In this document: positions 1 through 11,009 of the stretch, piece by piece
How the letters are laid out: every line of letters begins with the position of its first letter
Numbering within the stretch: the stretch's first letter is position 1
Assembly (NCBI RefSeq): GCF_003018255.1
Contig: NZ_CP027440.1
DNA from: Escherichia coli
Lineage (GTDB): Bacteria > Pseudomonadota > Gammaproteobacteria > Enterobacterales > Enterobacteriaceae
Strand: one strand, 5' to 3'
Length of the DNA: 64,000 bases
Made by a program: the position numbers and the translations under genes
Notes under the pieces: model-generated
Told to the model about the DNA's origin: nothing
The model's input: the letters and a program-made list of their open reading frames with translations, nothing else
Database searches by the model: none

Positions 1-800
1 TAACCGTCCCCATCGGCATGTCTTTACGTGAAGTCCTGGCGCTGGCGGGCGGCGCAACAGTAGATGCGCCTGGTTTTATCAATGGCGGGCCGATGATGGG
101 AAGTTTGATCACATCGCTCGACACCCCCGTCAGCAAAACCACTGGCGGCTTGCTGGTTTTACCCAACTCTCATTCACTGATCCAACTTCGAATGCAGAAT
201 GACCGCAGCGTACTTACCGTCGCGAAAACTGTTTGTGAGCAATGCCGCTTGTGTACCGATCTCTGCCCACGTCATTTAGTCGGTCACGAACTGGCCCCCC
301 ATTTATTAGTACGTGCGGTTAACTACCAACAGCTCGCTACGCCACAACTGTTACTGACGGCGCTCACCTGTTCGGAGTGCAACGTCTGCGCCAGCGTCGC
401 CTGTCCGGTAGGAATTTCACCAATGCGCATAAACCGCCTGCTTAAGCAGGAATTACGCGCACAAAATCTCCGCTACGAAGGTGCCTTAAATCCTGCTGAT
501 CCCATGGCAAATTATCGACTGATTCCCGTAAAACGGCTGGTAACCAGACTGGGCCTAATCCCGTGGTATCAGGATGCGCCATTGTCTGAACAGGTGCCTC
601 AGACCGAAAAAGTGACGTTATTGTTACGCCAGCACATCGGTGCCAGCGCAATTGCGTGTGTACAAAAAGGCGATCGCGTCGTTCATGGGCAATGTGTAGG
701 TCAAATTCCACACGGCACATTAGGTGCCCCGATTCATGCCAGTATTGATGGCATGGTCAGCGATGTGACAGAAAACGCAATTACGCTTGTGAGAGGTTAA
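1..800 (+). CDS. pduS: PduS-like cobalamin reductase, C-terminal part (gene runs off the 5' window edge)
   Basis: ORF 18..800 is open to the window edge; two ferredoxin-type cysteine clusters ([25 protein letters not shown]) typical of RnfC/PduS; followed directly by BMC shell genes. Family assignment from memory. Confidence 0.65.
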   Translation, partial: TVPIGMSLREVLALAGGATVDAPGFINGGPMMGSLITSLDTPVSKTTGGLLVLPNSHSLIQLRMQNDRSVLTVAKTVCEQCRLCTDLCPRHLVGHELAPHLLVRAVNYQQLATPQLLLTALTCSECNVCASVACPVGISPMRINRLLKQELRAQNLRYEGALNPADPMANYRLIPVKRLVTRLGLIPWYQDAPLSEQVPQTEKVTLLLRQHIGASAIACVQKGDRVVHGQCVGQIPHGTLGAPIHASIDGMVSDVTENAITLVRG

Positions 801-802
801 CC

Positions 803-1357
803 ATGTCGAAAGCGGTAGGTATTTTAGAACTTAGCAGTATCGCGAAAGGGATGGAAACCGGCGACGCCATGCTGAAAAGCGCCAACGTTGAGTTACTGGT
901 CAGCAAAACGCTATGCCCCGGAAAATTTCTGCTGATGCTCGGTGGCGATGTGGGCGCGGTGCAACAGGCCATCAACAGCGGTGCTTCCGTTGCTGGTGAA
1001 ATGCTGGTCGACAGTCTTGTCCTGCCGAATATTCATCCCAGTCTCCTTTCTGCAATCAGCGGACTGAACCATGTTGAGCAGCACCGGGCTGTCGGCGTAG
1101 TCGAAACCTGGAGTGTCGCTGCCTGCATTGACGCTGCCGATTGTGCTGTCAAAGCTGCGAATGTCATTCTCGTTCGCGTACATATGGCTTTTGGCATTGG
1201 CGGAAAATGCTACATGGTGGTTGCTGGCGATATTTCAGATGTTAATAACGCGGTCTCTGTCGCCAGCGAGCGTGCGGGAGAAAAAGGTTTGTTGGTCTAT
1301 CGGTCGGTGATTGCCCGTCCACATGAAGCCATGTGGCGTCAGATGGTGGAGGGATAA
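803..1357 (+). CDS. pduT: Bacterial microcompartment shell protein, tandem-BMC type (PduT-like)
   Basis: 184 aa ORF with two BMC-like repeats; position between pduS-like and pduU-like genes; stop overlaps next start (TAATG). Confidence 0.7.
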   Translation: MSKAVGILELSSIAKGMETGDAMLKSANVELLVSKTLCPGKFLLMLGGDVGAVQQAINSGASVAGEMLVDSLVLPNIHPSLLSAISGLNHVEQHRAVGVVETWSVAACIDAADCAVKAANVILVRVHMAFGIGGKCYMVVAGDISDVNNAVSVASERAGEKGLLVYRSVIARPHEAMWRQMVEG

Positions 1358-1707
1358 TGACAACTCAGCACACAACTGAACGGATGATTCAGGAATATGT
1401 CCCTGGTAAGCAGGTCACGCTGGCACATGTCATCGCCAATCCAGGGAAGGATCTGTTTAAGAAATTGGGTTTACCAGACACCGTTTCTGCTATTGGCATT
1501 CTGACGATTACCCCCAGCGAAGCATCTATCATCGCATGCGATATCGCCACAAAATCAGGCGCTGTAGAGATCGGTTTTCTTGATCGTTTTACCGGTGCCG
1601 TAGTGCTGACTGGTGATGTTTCTGCTATTGAATATGCACTTAGCCAGGTTACCCGTACGCTGGGTGAAATGATGCGCTTTACCGCCTGCCCCATTACGCG
1701 GACCTGA
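1357..1707 (+). CDS. pduU: Microcompartment shell protein PduU/EutS family
   Basis: Translation from the internal ATG ([24 protein letters not shown]...) closely resembles remembered PduU; start chosen at the ATG overlapping the pduT stop. Confidence 0.75.
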   Translation: MTTQHTTERMIQEYVPGKQVTLAHVIANPGKDLFKKLGLPDTVSAIGILTITPSEASIIACDIATKSGAVEIGFLDRFTGAVVLTGDVSAIEYALSQVTRTLGEMMRFTACPITRT

Positions 1708-1711
1708 CGTT

Positions 1712-2155
1712 ATGCAACGTATGATGCTTATCGGCCCCAGCCAGTGCGGAAAAACGTCACTCACGCAATGTCTGCGTGGCGAAAATATCCATTATCAGAA
1801 AACGCAGGCAATCGTCTGGTCCCCGACCACCATTGATACACCAGGCGAATACCTCGAAAACCGCAGCCTTTACAGTGCATTGTTGGTCAGTGCCTGCGAA
1901 GCAGACATTATCGCACTGGTACTTAATGCGGACGCACCGTGGTCACCTTTTTCGCCAGGCTTTACCTCGTCAATGAATCGCCCGGTCATTGGAGTAGTAA
2001 CCAAAGCAGATTTAGCCAGTATGGAACAAATATCTTTGGTGAAATGTTGGTTACGGGAAGCTGGAGCGCACAACGTGTTAGTAACCAGTGCGGTTAATAA
2101 CAATGGAGTTACAGAACTTTTTGCCTTGCTGCATACAGAAGAAGGCTGTCGCTAA
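1712..2155 (+). CDS. pduV: PduV/EutP-family small GTPase of microcompartment operons
   Basis: 147 aa ORF with P-loop (GPSQCGKTS) and EutP/PduV-like length and sequence; last gene before a convergent terminator. Confidence 0.7.
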   Translation: MQRMMLIGPSQCGKTSLTQCLRGENIHYQKTQAIVWSPTTIDTPGEYLENRSLYSALLVSACEADIIALVLNADAPWSPFSPGFTSSMNRPVIGVVTKADLASMEQISLVKCWLREAGAHNVLVTSAVNNNGVTELFALLHTEEGCR

Positions 2156-2215
2156 TTTCGATAGGTTCTCAGATGAGAATGATGACGGTGATACACAGAT
2201 AAGAATCAATGAGCA

Positions 2216-2240
2216 ATGAGGGTTGCCGGGCAACCCTCAT
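2216..2240. terminator. Inverted-repeat hairpin between convergent pduV and yeeX
   Basis: Seen in sequence: atgagggttgcc ggg caaccctcat perfect palindrome in the 100-bp gap between two convergent stops. Confidence 0.4.
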
Positions 2241-2255
2241 TGAATAAAACAGGAA

Positions 2256-2585
2256 TTACTTCGCTTCGCCGTTTTTCATTTCGCCCATAGCTTTCAGCTT
2301 TTTGGAGATATCGCGGCGTTCTTTGGAGAGCTCGGCATTTTTGATGATGTAATCGTCAACGCGATCTTCATAGTCACCTTTCATGCTGGCGATGATGCCC
2401 TGGATTGCTTCAACGCTCATCCCTGGCTTGATGTAATCGCTCAGGTTGTCCAGCAGCAGGACGCGCTTCTGGTTGTCACGGATCTTTTTCTCAACGTCCT
2501 GAATTTCACGTTGCAGTTTGTTCTTACGACGGAACAGACGAACAAATTCCAGTACGTCCTGGAATGAAGGCTTGGTAGTTTCCAT
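2256..2585 (-). CDS. yeeX: UPF0265/DUF496 protein YeeX
   Basis: ORF 2256..2651; start placed at internal [14 protein letters not shown] to give the remembered ~109 aa YeeX. Confidence 0.85.
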   Translation of the reverse strand: METTKPSFQDVLEFVRLFRRKNKLQREIQDVEKKIRDNQKRVLLLDNLSDYIKPGMSVEAIQGIIASMKGDYEDRVDDYIIKNAELSKERRDISKKLKAMGEMKNGEAK

Positions 2586-2756
2586 TTTTATACCCCTGAT
2601 AATGTGAGAGTCGGATTCGTTTAAGCAACCGCTATTCGTTAGGGCCAACATTACTCATAGCTGCCGCAGATGACAATGCTTTTATCCCTTTTCACTATCA
2701 TACCCTTTATCCTTGCTGAATCGAAGCAGCAGCAAGATGATTCTGAAGTTCAGGAA

Positions 2757-3815
2757 TTATTTGCGCAAGGCCCGGCAAATCAGATTCGATAGCAACTCAA
2801 GCTGATGTGCCGTTTCCATGTTCAGCCACACATAACCATAGATTGGTGTTTCCACAACCTTCAGGTCATGGTGGTTATCGAGCAACTGACGCAGCTCTTC
2901 CACAGCATCGTTCAATTTTTCCGTATTGGCAAAAACCGGCTGCGGATTACCTTCGTACAGCGCATGAACAAGGCTCAGCAGTATTTGCTGCATCATGTGC
3001 TGGGTATCACGAAGTTTTTGCGCGTTCAATAACACGAAATGGCTGGGGCGCGTGGCCCAGTATGCATTGATTTGCAACTCCAGCATACAAACCAGATTGC
3101 GATTAATGGTCTGGATACCTTCATATATCGATTTGGGAATACGGGTTTCTTTGCTGGCGGGCGCAATCAGCCCACGCATTTTCACGGCATCGGTCAGGAG
3201 TTTTTGTAGATGGCTTTCCAGACGTGGGCGTTCGAGTAAGTTCGGTGAGAATGCAGATTGATAGACCCGATTATACTCGGTCAGACTTTTCGCCAGTTGA
3301 ATGCGCCAGTGGATGAACGCCCGTTGTGGCCAGATACCGGTAAACAACATTGCCAGTAAAGAGCCGAGGATCACATCGCCGCTTCGCCATAACGCCGTAT
3401 CAATTTCACCTGTCGGGGAACCCACAACAATTGCCAGCGTCACCCCAATCAATAATCCTTGATACGGTTTCTTGCCCAGCGCCAGCCAACCGCAAAGAAA
3501 CATCGCCGCCGCGCACCAGACTAACATCAGCGGTAACGAAATTAACTCCAGTTGCAGAGCGATAAGACCTAAAATCGACCCCAACACCGTACCGCCAATA
3601 CGTTCGAAGGCACGAGGGACAACGTTCCCCCAGAACGAGATTGGCCCCATAATCACCACCATGGTGACCAGCGGCCAGGTGCTTTCCGGGATAGTAAACA
3701 GGCGGATAATGAGAAAAGTGAGCAGGAATGCCAGCGCGACCCGAGTACCATGCACAATGCGATAATGGCGGTATACCCGGATTTCAAACGGGCTTAATGA
3801 CTTATCGGCACGCAC
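2757..3815 (-). CDS. yeeA: Inner membrane protein YeeA (fusaric-acid-resistance-like family)
   Basis: 352 aa hydrophobic ORF in the conserved position between yeeX and sbmC. Confidence 0.8.
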   Translation of the reverse strand: MRADKSLSPFEIRVYRHYRIVHGTRVALAFLLTFLIIRLFTIPESTWPLVTMVVIMGPISFWGNVVPRAFERIGGTVLGSILGLIALQLELISLPLMLVWCAAAMFLCGWLALGKKPYQGLLIGVTLAIVVGSPTGEIDTALWRSGDVILGSLLAMLFTGIWPQRAFIHWRIQLAKSLTEYNRVYQSAFSPNLLERPRLESHLQKLLTDAVKMRGLIAPASKETRIPKSIYEGIQTINRNLVCMLELQINAYWATRPSHFVLLNAQKLRDTQHMMQQILLSLVHALYEGNPQPVFANTEKLNDAVEELRQLLDNHHDLKVVETPIYGYVWLNMETAHQLELLSNLICRALRK

Positions 3816-4012
3816 GCAGAAACTCCGTAATGAAGATTAAAAGCGCTCATAACTCATCTGTCGGCCAGAAGGCGCGCCTCTGAATTATCCGACGGACAAA
3901 CCGGGAACAGTGTAATTTCCCGGCAGGAGCGAAAAAATTGAAAGGCGCATCTTACTCTTTTCGCTTTCAAAAAAAGAGTGGTCTTCGCGTCAACACACCG
4001 CCCTGAGATGAA

Positions 4013-4486
4013 TTAGTGATGTTTTGGCTGCACCGCAACATACATTTCGATATCCCAGTACCCATCTTCCGCGCCATTGTTCAAGTAAACCTCGAAGCAG
4101 GGCTTTGGTAACATTTCATAAGCACTGTCCTGCAAGAGGCTATTAAAGAACTGATACCAGGGTTTAGCAAAATCATCACCGACTACACGAGCCACCGCCA
4201 CCGCATACTGACCACCTGAAATTTCTGTCAGAATGACGCCCTCACTGTTTTCGGGGAGCGTAAAGTTATTCGGTACCGTCACGACGGTGTCGCAGCGTAA
4301 TTTTTCGGCGGGTGTTTCATCTGGATTGTCGTAATAGACAGCAACCCACTCCTTCGGCACAATATTTTTGCTATCTATCCACATCATCAACTGCTCAAAA
4401 CCTTTCTTTACCGTCTGCTCCCACGGGCCAACAAGATGGAAACCTGCAACGGTACGTTTCTCTTCCTGCTTAATCTCGTAGTTCAT
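4013..4486 (-). CDS. sbmC: DNA gyrase inhibitor SbmC (GyrI)
   Basis: 157 aa [27 protein letters not shown]...; matches remembered SbmC; conserved neighbour of dacD. Confidence 0.9.
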   Translation of the reverse strand: MNYEIKQEEKRTVAGFHLVGPWEQTVKKGFEQLMMWIDSKNIVPKEWVAVYYDNPDETPAEKLRCDTVVTVPNNFTLPENSEGVILTEISGGQYAVAVARVVGDDFAKPWYQFFNSLLQDSAYEMLPKPCFEVYLNNGAEDGYWDIEMYVAVQPKHH

Positions 4487-4502
4487 GACGCCTCCATTAA
4501 CA

Positions 4503-4518
4503 CTGTTTTTATATACAG
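4503..4518. promoter_or_regulatory. Candidate LexA (SOS) box upstream of sbmC
   Basis: Seen in sequence: CTGT-ttttatat-ACAG (CTGT-N8-ACAG) about 17 bp upstream of the sbmC start; sbmC is a known SOS gene (established knowledge). Confidence 0.5.
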
Positions 4519-4604
4519 TATAGTTGCAATATTAAAACCACAAGGAATGAGTGTTGATTATGCGAGCAGACTCGCACTCCTGCCAGTCTGCTGCAAAAGA
4601 AAGG

Positions 4605-5777
4605 TCAGGCCTTATGGTGGAAATAATCACTCAGGCGGGAAAACATGCCGCCTTCCCCGACAGATTCCAGGGTAACCAGCGGCCAGTGCGCCACCTGTTT
4701 ATCACGGTCGTAAAGTTCAATTTCCCCTACCCGCTGATGGGCGCTAATTGGCGCGGTGAGCTCTTTACCATCAAGGGTATATTTGGCTTTGATATGTGGA
4801 ATTTCGGCTTTCGGTAGCACCATCCAGAACTCTTGTTCCGTTCCCAGGTCGATATTTTCTTTATCGCCATACCAGATGCGTTCCGTTCCGACCTTTTTCC
4901 CACGGTGCAAAATTTGCACCGTAGTAAAGTTTTGTTGCCCCCAACGCAGTAATTTTCTTGCCTCTTCCTCACGACCTTTTGCACTGTCAGCCCCCATTAC
5001 CACTGCAATGAGACGACGCTGCCCATCTACAGCCGAAGCAATGAGATTAAACCCGGCACCAGAAGTATGACCCGTTTTCAGGCCGTCAACATTCATGGTT
5101 TTATCCCACAACAACCCGTTACGGTTTTGCTGGGTGATACCGTTCCAGGTGAGGCTTTTCTCACTGTACATATGATAAAACTCGGGCTCGCCGTGGATGA
5201 TAGCGCGAGAAAGCACAGCTAAATCATAAGCCGAGCTATGCTGGCCAGGTGCATCCAGACCATGCACTGTTTCAAAATGCGTATCCTTGAGATGCAGCTT
5301 CTCGGCATAGTTGTTCATCATTGCAACAAACTGCCGTTGCCCACCGGCAATATAGTCAGCCAGTGCAACACAAGCATCATTTCCGGAATCCACAATTAAA
5401 CCACGGCTTAAATCACGTACCGATACGCGATCGCCCTCTTTCAAAAACATCAGTGAAGAACCGACAAACACTGGATTATCTTTCGCCCACGCATCGCGCC
5501 CTACGGTGACAATATCGTCTGGCGTAATTCGATGACTATCGATAGCGCGATCCACGACATAACCCGTCATCAGCTTTGTCAGGCTGGCGGGATTGCGCTG
5601 TTGATGCTCATTACCCGCGGTGAGGATCTGTCCGGTGGTGTAATCCATCAATACCCAGGACCCGGCATGAATCTCTGGAGGCTGAGGTGAAAAAGGAATG
5701 TTTTCCGCCGCAAAACCAGACGATAAGTTAAAAACGAACAAAGAAGCAGCAATAATAAGACGGCGTTTCAACAGCAA
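4605..5777 (-). CDS. dacD: D-alanyl-D-alanine carboxypeptidase DacD (PBP6b)
   Basis: 390 aa ORF with signal peptide and SxxK active-site motif (ASLTKLMT), typical of class C low-molecular-weight PBPs; synteny. Confidence 0.9.
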   Translation of the reverse strand: MLLKRRLIIAASLFVFNLSSGFAAENIPFSPQPPEIHAGSWVLMDYTTGQILTAGNEHQQRNPASLTKLMTGYVVDRAIDSHRITPDDIVTVGRDAWAKDNPVFVGSSLMFLKEGDRVSVRDLSRGLIVDSGNDACVALADYIAGGQRQFVAMMNNYAEKLHLKDTHFETVHGLDAPGQHSSAYDLAVLSRAIIHGEPEFYHMYSEKSLTWNGITQQNRNGLLWDKTMNVDGLKTGHTSGAGFNLIASAVDGQRRLIAVVMGADSAKGREEEARKLLRWGQQNFTTVQILHRGKKVGTERIWYGDKENIDLGTEQEFWMVLPKAEIPHIKAKYTLDGKELTAPISAHQRVGEIELYDRDKQVAHWPLVTLESVGEGGMFSRLSDYFHHKA

Positions 5778-5979
5778 ACCCTCAGGAGTTTCAAATAGCT
5801 GTTCTTTTTACGGAAATACTTATGAACTGGCTGGAATAAAGTGCAAGAAAATGTGACTAACCTCTCATTTTTATCTGACATGATCTGTTGCCACTCGCTG
5901 CCAAATTGTGGCGCTAAAGCTGATTAGCACGGTGATATTTGATACTCTGGCAGACAGCAGAGATAACGGATTTAACCTA

Positions 5980-7407
5980 ATGATGAATGACGGTAAGCAA
6001 CAATCTACCTTTTTGTTTCACGATTACGAAACCTTTGGCACGCACCCCGCGTTAGATCGCCCTGCACAGTTCGCAGCCATTCGCACCGATAGCAAATTCA
6101 ATGTCATCGGCGAACCCGAAGTCTTTTACTGCAAGCCCGCGGATGACTATTTACCCCAGCCTGGAGCAGTATTAATTACCGGTATTACCCCGCAGGAGGC
6201 ACGGGCGAAAGGAGAAAACGAAGCCGCGTTTGCCGCCCGTATTCACTCGCTTTTTACCGTACCGAAGACCTGTATTCTGGGCTACAACAATGTGCGTTTC
6301 GACGACGAAGTCACACGCAACGTTTTTTATCGTAATTTCTACGATCCTTACGCCTGGAGCTGGCAGCATGATAACTCGCGCTGGGATTTACTGGATGTTA
6401 TGCGTGCCTGTTATGCCCTGCGCCCGGAAGGAATAAACTGGCCTGAAAATGATGACGGTCTACCGAGCTTTCGCCTTGAGCATTTAACCAAAGCGAATGG
6501 TATTGAACATAGCAACGCCCACGATGCGATGGCTGATGTGTACGCCACTATTGCGATGGCGAAACTGGTAAAAACGCGTCAGCCACGCCTGTTTGATTAT
6601 CTCTTTACCCATCGTAATAAACACAAACTGATGGCGTTGATTGATGTTCCGCAGATGAAACCCTTGGTTCACGTTTCCGGAATGTTTGGGGCATGGCGCG
6701 GCAATACCAGCTGGGTGGCACCGCTGGCGTGGCATCCTGAAAATCGCAATGCCGTAATTATGGTGGATTTGGCAGGAGACATTTCGCCATTACTGGAGCT
6801 GGATAGCGACACATTGCGCGAGCGTTTATATACCGCAAAAGCCGATCTTGGCGATAACGCCGCCGTTCCGGTTAAGCTGGTGCATATCAATAAATGTCCG
6901 GTACTGGCCCAGGCGAATACGCTACGCCCGGAAGATGCCGACCGACTGGGAATTAATCGTCAGCATTGCCTCGATAACCTAAAAATTCTGCGTGAAAATC
7001 CGCAAGTGCGTGAAAAAGTGGTGGCGATATTCGCGGAAGCCGAACCGTTTACGCCTTCAGATAACGTGGATGCACAGCTTTATAATGGCTTTTTCAGTGA
7101 CGCCGATCGTGCAGCAATGAAAATTGTGCTGGAAACCGAGCCGCGTAATTTACCGGCACTGGATATCACTTTTGTTGATAAACGAATTGAAAAACTGTTG
7201 TTCAATTATCGAGCGCGCAACTTCCCGGGGACGCTGGATTATGCCGAGCAGCAACGCTGGCTGGAGCACCGCCGCCAGGTCTTCACGCCAGAGTTTTTGC
7301 AGGGCTACGCTGATGAATTGCAGATGCTGGCACAACAGTATGCTGATGACAAAGAGAAAGTGGCGCTGTTAAAAGCGCTTTGGCAGTACGCGGAAGAGAT
7401 CGTCTGA
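5980..7407 (+). CDS. sbcB: Exodeoxyribonuclease I
   Basis: ORF 5908..7407; start placed at MMNDGKQQSTFLFHDYETFGTHPALDRPAQFAAIRTD (DEDDh exonuclease signature), giving the remembered ~475 aa. Confidence 0.95.
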   Translation: MMNDGKQQSTFLFHDYETFGTHPALDRPAQFAAIRTDSKFNVIGEPEVFYCKPADDYLPQPGAVLITGITPQEARAKGENEAAFAARIHSLFTVPKTCILGYNNVRFDDEVTRNVFYRNFYDPYAWSWQHDNSRWDLLDVMRACYALRPEGINWPENDDGLPSFRLEHLTKANGIEHSNAHDAMADVYATIAMAKLVKTRQPRLFDYLFTHRNKHKLMALIDVPQMKPLVHVSGMFGAWRGNTSWVAPLAWHPENRNAVIMVDLAGDISPLLELDSDTLRERLYTAKADLGDNAAVPVKLVHINKCPVLAQANTLRPEDADRLGINRQHCLDNLKILRENPQVREKVVAIFAEAEPFTPSDNVDAQLYNGFFSDADRAAMKIVLETEPRNLPALDITFVDKRIEKLLFNYRARNFPGTLDYAEQQRWLEHRRQVFTPEFLQGYADELQMLAQQYADDKEKVALLKALWQYAEEIV

Positions 7408-7410
7408 AAC

Positions 7411-7443
7411 AAAAAAGCCGGAGCGACAAACTCCGGCTTTTTG
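7411..7443. terminator. Bidirectional Rho-independent terminator between convergent sbcB and plaP
   Basis: Seen in sequence: aaaaaa-GCCGGAG-cgacaaa-CTCCGGC-ttttt; A-run before and T-run after a GC-rich stem. Confidence 0.65.
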
Positions 7444-7480
7444 AGATTTACCGGATGATTATGTCATCCGGTTTGTAAGA

Positions 7481-8839
7481 TTACGCTACGTCTTCGTACT
7501 GCGGAACCGGGTTACGGAAACTCTTGGTTACGCAAGCCAGGTAAATCAGACCGATAGCAGCCCAGATCAGACCCAGAACCATTGAGCTTTCTTCCAGGTT
7601 AACCCACAGCGCACCAACGGTCAGCGCACCACACATCGGCAGGAACAGATACTGGAAGTGATCTTTCAGCGTCTTGTTACGCTTCTCACGGATCCAGAAC
7701 TGCGAGATGACCGACAGGTTAACGAAGGTGAACGCCACCAACGCACCAAAGTTAATCAGCGCCGTAGCCATTACCAGGTCGAAGTTGATTGCCAGCAGGG
7801 CAATCGCGCCAACCAGGATGATGTTCATCGCCGGAGTACGCCATTTCGGGTGTACATAACCGAAGAAGCTTTTCGGGAACACGCCGTCACGACCCATTAC
7901 GTACATCAGACGCGCTACGCCTGCGTGCGCCGCCATACCGGACGCCAGTACGGTAATGGTGGAGAAGATCAGCGCGCCAACCTGGAACGCTTTACCCGCA
8001 ACGTACAGCATGATTTCAGGCTGTGACGCATCCGGATCTTTAAAGCGAGAGATATCCGGGAAGTACAGCTGCAGGAAGTAAGTTGCAAAGATGAAGATCA
8101 TGCCGCCGATCAGCGCGGTCAGGAAAATCGCACGCGGGATCACGCGCTCTGCATCTTTGGTTTCTTCCGACAGGTTGCTGATGCCGTCAAAACCGGTAAA
8201 GGAGAAGCACAGGATTGTCGCCCCGGTAATCATCGGGATAACATGCGCATCGCCAGACCAGAACGGACGAGTGCTCGCCAGCGTACCAGCGCCTTCACCT
8301 TCAAATACGCCATAAACAACCATGCCCAGAATCACCGCGATCAGCACTACCTGCAACACGACGATTACAGTGTTGAAGTTCGCTACGGATTTCAGACTAC
8401 GCAGGTTAAAGGCGGTCATAAAGGCCACCAGCGCCACCACAAACATCCACGATGGAATGGAAGGCACCAGAGCTTCAAAATAGATTTTCGCCAGCAGAAT
8501 GTTGATCATCGGCGCGAACAGATAGTCGAGCAGAGAAGACCAACCCACCATAAAGCCGACAGTCGGGCTAATGGATTTCTGGGCGTAAGTGTATGCAGAG
8601 CCAGCAGAAGGATAGCGGCGAACCAGCTTCCCGTAGCTCAGAGCCGTAAACAGGATCGCAATCAATGCGAACGCATAGGCTGTCGGCACATGACCATCCG
8701 TGAGGCCTGAAACGATACCAAAAGTATCAAACAGCGTCATCGGCTGCATATAGGCTAGACCCATCATTACAACCGGAACTAACGTAAGCGTTTTACGCAA
8801 TTCCACGCGAGAGGTGTTTGGAGTAACGTTATGCGACAT
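7481..8839 (-). CDS. plaP: Putrescine importer PlaP (APC superfamily permease, formerly YeeF)
   Basis: ORF 7481..8845, polytopic amino acid/polyamine permease-like; start placed at [16 protein letters not shown]. Confidence 0.9.
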   Translation of the reverse strand: MSHNVTPNTSRVELRKTLTLVPVVMMGLAYMQPMTLFDTFGIVSGLTDGHVPTAYAFALIAILFTALSYGKLVRRYPSAGSAYTYAQKSISPTVGFMVGWSSLLDYLFAPMINILLAKIYFEALVPSIPSWMFVVALVAFMTAFNLRSLKSVANFNTVIVVLQVVLIAVILGMVVYGVFEGEGAGTLASTRPFWSGDAHVIPMITGATILCFSFTGFDGISNLSEETKDAERVIPRAIFLTALIGGMIFIFATYFLQLYFPDISRFKDPDASQPEIMLYVAGKAFQVGALIFSTITVLASGMAAHAGVARLMYVMGRDGVFPKSFFGYVHPKWRTPAMNIILVGAIALLAINFDLVMATALINFGALVAFTFVNLSVISQFWIREKRNKTLKDHFQYLFLPMCGALTVGALWVNLEESSMVLGLIWAAIGLIYLACVTKSFRNPVPQYEDVA

Positions 8840-9105
8840 GGTCATTCTCCTTTACGGTGATAACCGTCGCGTAAGCAAAAAATTGCCCCATTTTTTTGGA
8901 TTCCTCAGCGACAACAACTGTCGATTTTTAGTAAATATCTATCCGGTACGAAGCCCGGCCTCTTGGTATGAATGATTGGTTTGAAGCAAAAAATAACCGA
9001 CGCTAATTAAACGTCGGTTTTTAGTCATTTTTTGACAGCGGCGCATTGTGCCTAAATGGGGGGGAAATGACAAGAGAATGAGAGGCTTGTCATAATAATT
9101 TTTCT

Positions 9106-10035
9106 TTAAATGGCTGATTTTCCGTCATCAGATTTTGCATAAACACCGGCGATCGCACTATTTGCTAAAATTTCATCTCGCCACCAGCCGCTGGCAAGCC
9201 CTGCGGTCTGTTCGTTCCAGCCAATCCAGACGGGTTCAAAGAGAGTTTGGGCGACTACTTTCTTCTCGATTAACGCGCCACTATCGAGAAAACGTTGCGC
9301 CAGATAACGGGGTAAATAGCCGCAGCCAAGGCCGCTAATTTGCAGCTCCAGTTTGGTTTTAAAATCGAAAACGGTAATGGCTTCTTGTTCGTCGAGAAGT
9401 TGTGAGGCCGTAGAAGCGCCTGCCTGCGCAGTGTCCCCCACCACAATCGCCCGATATCGTTTAATGATACGACGGTTTAACGGTTCTTCTTCCTGGGCTA
9501 ACGGATGATGAGGCGCGACCGCAAAGACTTGTTCAAGATCGCCCAACCGCGAGAAACCAAACTCACTGGAAGATGGTGGCTCATGCATCGCGCCAACAAT
9601 AATATCCGCTCGCCCCTGAGTCAGTGCATCCCAGGAACCACCGAGTACGCCATTGATAAACTTCAGGCGCGTCACGCTATGATGTTGATAAAAAGCCTCA
9701 ATGAGAGGCGCAAGCAGAGAAAAAGGAAACGTGTCGTCCACGCCAATCACCAGCTCATTTTCCCAGCCTTCATGCAGTTTGATAGCCTGCTTTTCCAGTT
9801 CTCGCACGGTATGCAGAACTTCCCGCCCTTTCTCTAATAACATTTTTCCGGTGCGGGTGAATTTAGCGCGGTGACCGCTACGATCAAGCAATTGAATATT
9901 AAGGTCGCTTTCCAGCTTGTGAACGGTATAACTCAGAGCGGACGGCGTCTTGTAGAGTTTAGCCGACGCCGCCGCAAAACTGCCTTCTTTTTCTAAGGCA
10001 TCGAGGATCATCAACACATCCAGCAGTGGTTTCAT
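9106..10035 (-). CDS. yeeY: LysR-family transcriptional regulator YeeY
   Basis: 309 aa ORF with N-terminal HTH (MKPLLDVLMILDALEKEGSFAAASAKLYKTPSALSYTVHKLE) and LysR substrate-binding domain; synteny. Confidence 0.85.
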   Translation of the reverse strand: MKPLLDVLMILDALEKEGSFAAASAKLYKTPSALSYTVHKLESDLNIQLLDRSGHRAKFTRTGKMLLEKGREVLHTVRELEKQAIKLHEGWENELVIGVDDTFPFSLLAPLIEAFYQHHSVTRLKFINGVLGGSWDALTQGRADIIVGAMHEPPSSSEFGFSRLGDLEQVFAVAPHHPLAQEEEPLNRRIIKRYRAIVVGDTAQAGASTASQLLDEQEAITVFDFKTKLELQISGLGCGYLPRYLAQRFLDSGALIEKKVVAQTLFEPVWIGWNEQTAGLASGWWRDEILANSAIAGVYAKSDDGKSAI

Positions 10036-10080
10036 ACACGCCCCCTTGCAGTGTATGCGGCGTCCTGCTGGCGTGATCGT

Positions 10081-10905
10081 TTACTCCAGCGGCATTACCA
10101 GCGGATCGGGATACTGGTATTCAAATCCCAGTTCATTACAAATCCGACTGCCATCAATAATCTTACCTTTGCCGCTGTCCAGACTATTTCTGAACTGCGG
10201 AGGTTCCAGCCCCAGTAAACGGGCCATCTGCGGATAGAAAACATTACGCGCAGGGTGAGCTGGCGCACATATATTATAGATGTGTCCGCCTTTAGGTGCC
10301 TGTAACAACAGAGTGATAGCACCAATAACATCTTCTAAATGGACTAAATTAACACCATGTTCACCATCAGGGGCGGTTTTTCCGGCAAAGAAGCGTCCGG
10401 GATGACGTCCCGGTCCGACCAGCCCCGCAAGACGCAGAATATCGACCGAAGTACCGGGTAAATTGTGCAGCCAGTCTTCGAGTTCTTCTAATACTCGTCC
10501 ACTGTTGGTCACCGGATTACGCGGGGTGGTTTCTTTCACCGTGCCTTGCGCGTCGCCATAGACAGATGTTGAGCTGGTAAAAATAATTCGGGGAATACGA
10601 TGGGCCAGCGCGCTATCCACTAACTCTTGTACCGCTTGTAAATAGAACTCATCGCCGGGGCCGCTACGACGTGCCGGAAGCGTAATGACCAGCGCGTCGG
10701 CATCCATCAGGGCATCCAGATCGTCAGAATCGCAAACTAACTCAGGCTCCATGCGAAGCAGATAGCTATCAATGCCACTCATTCGGGCCGCTTCGACACC
10801 ATCTTGTGTGGTTTTACTCCCGGTGACTTGCCAGCCTCGCGCTGAAAGTGACATCGCCAGCGGCATGCCTAACCACCCTAACCCGACAATTGCGACCTTT
10901 TTCAT
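10081..10905 (-). CDS. yeeZ: NAD(P)-binding epimerase/dehydratase-like protein YeeZ
   Basis: 274 aa ORF, Rossmann motif VAIVGLGWLG; synteny upstream of hisL. Confidence 0.85.
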   Translation of the reverse strand: MKKVAIVGLGWLGMPLAMSLSARGWQVTGSKTTQDGVEAARMSGIDSYLLRMEPELVCDSDDLDALMDADALVITLPARRSGPGDEFYLQAVQELVDSALAHRIPRIIFTSSTSVYGDAQGTVKETTPRNPVTNSGRVLEELEDWLHNLPGTSVDILRLAGLVGPGRHPGRFFAGKTAPDGEHGVNLVHLEDVIGAITLLLQAPKGGHIYNICAPAHPARNVFYPQMARLLGLEPPQFRNSLDSGKGKIIDGSRICNELGFEYQYPDPLVMPLE

Positions 10906-11009
10906 CCGTTATCTCCTGATACACCTTAGATCTATAAGGCTACGCTAGCGTATCAAAACTGACAATTCATTCTATGAATGAAATCGAAACGGTTAGCAAA
11001 TATACCATT

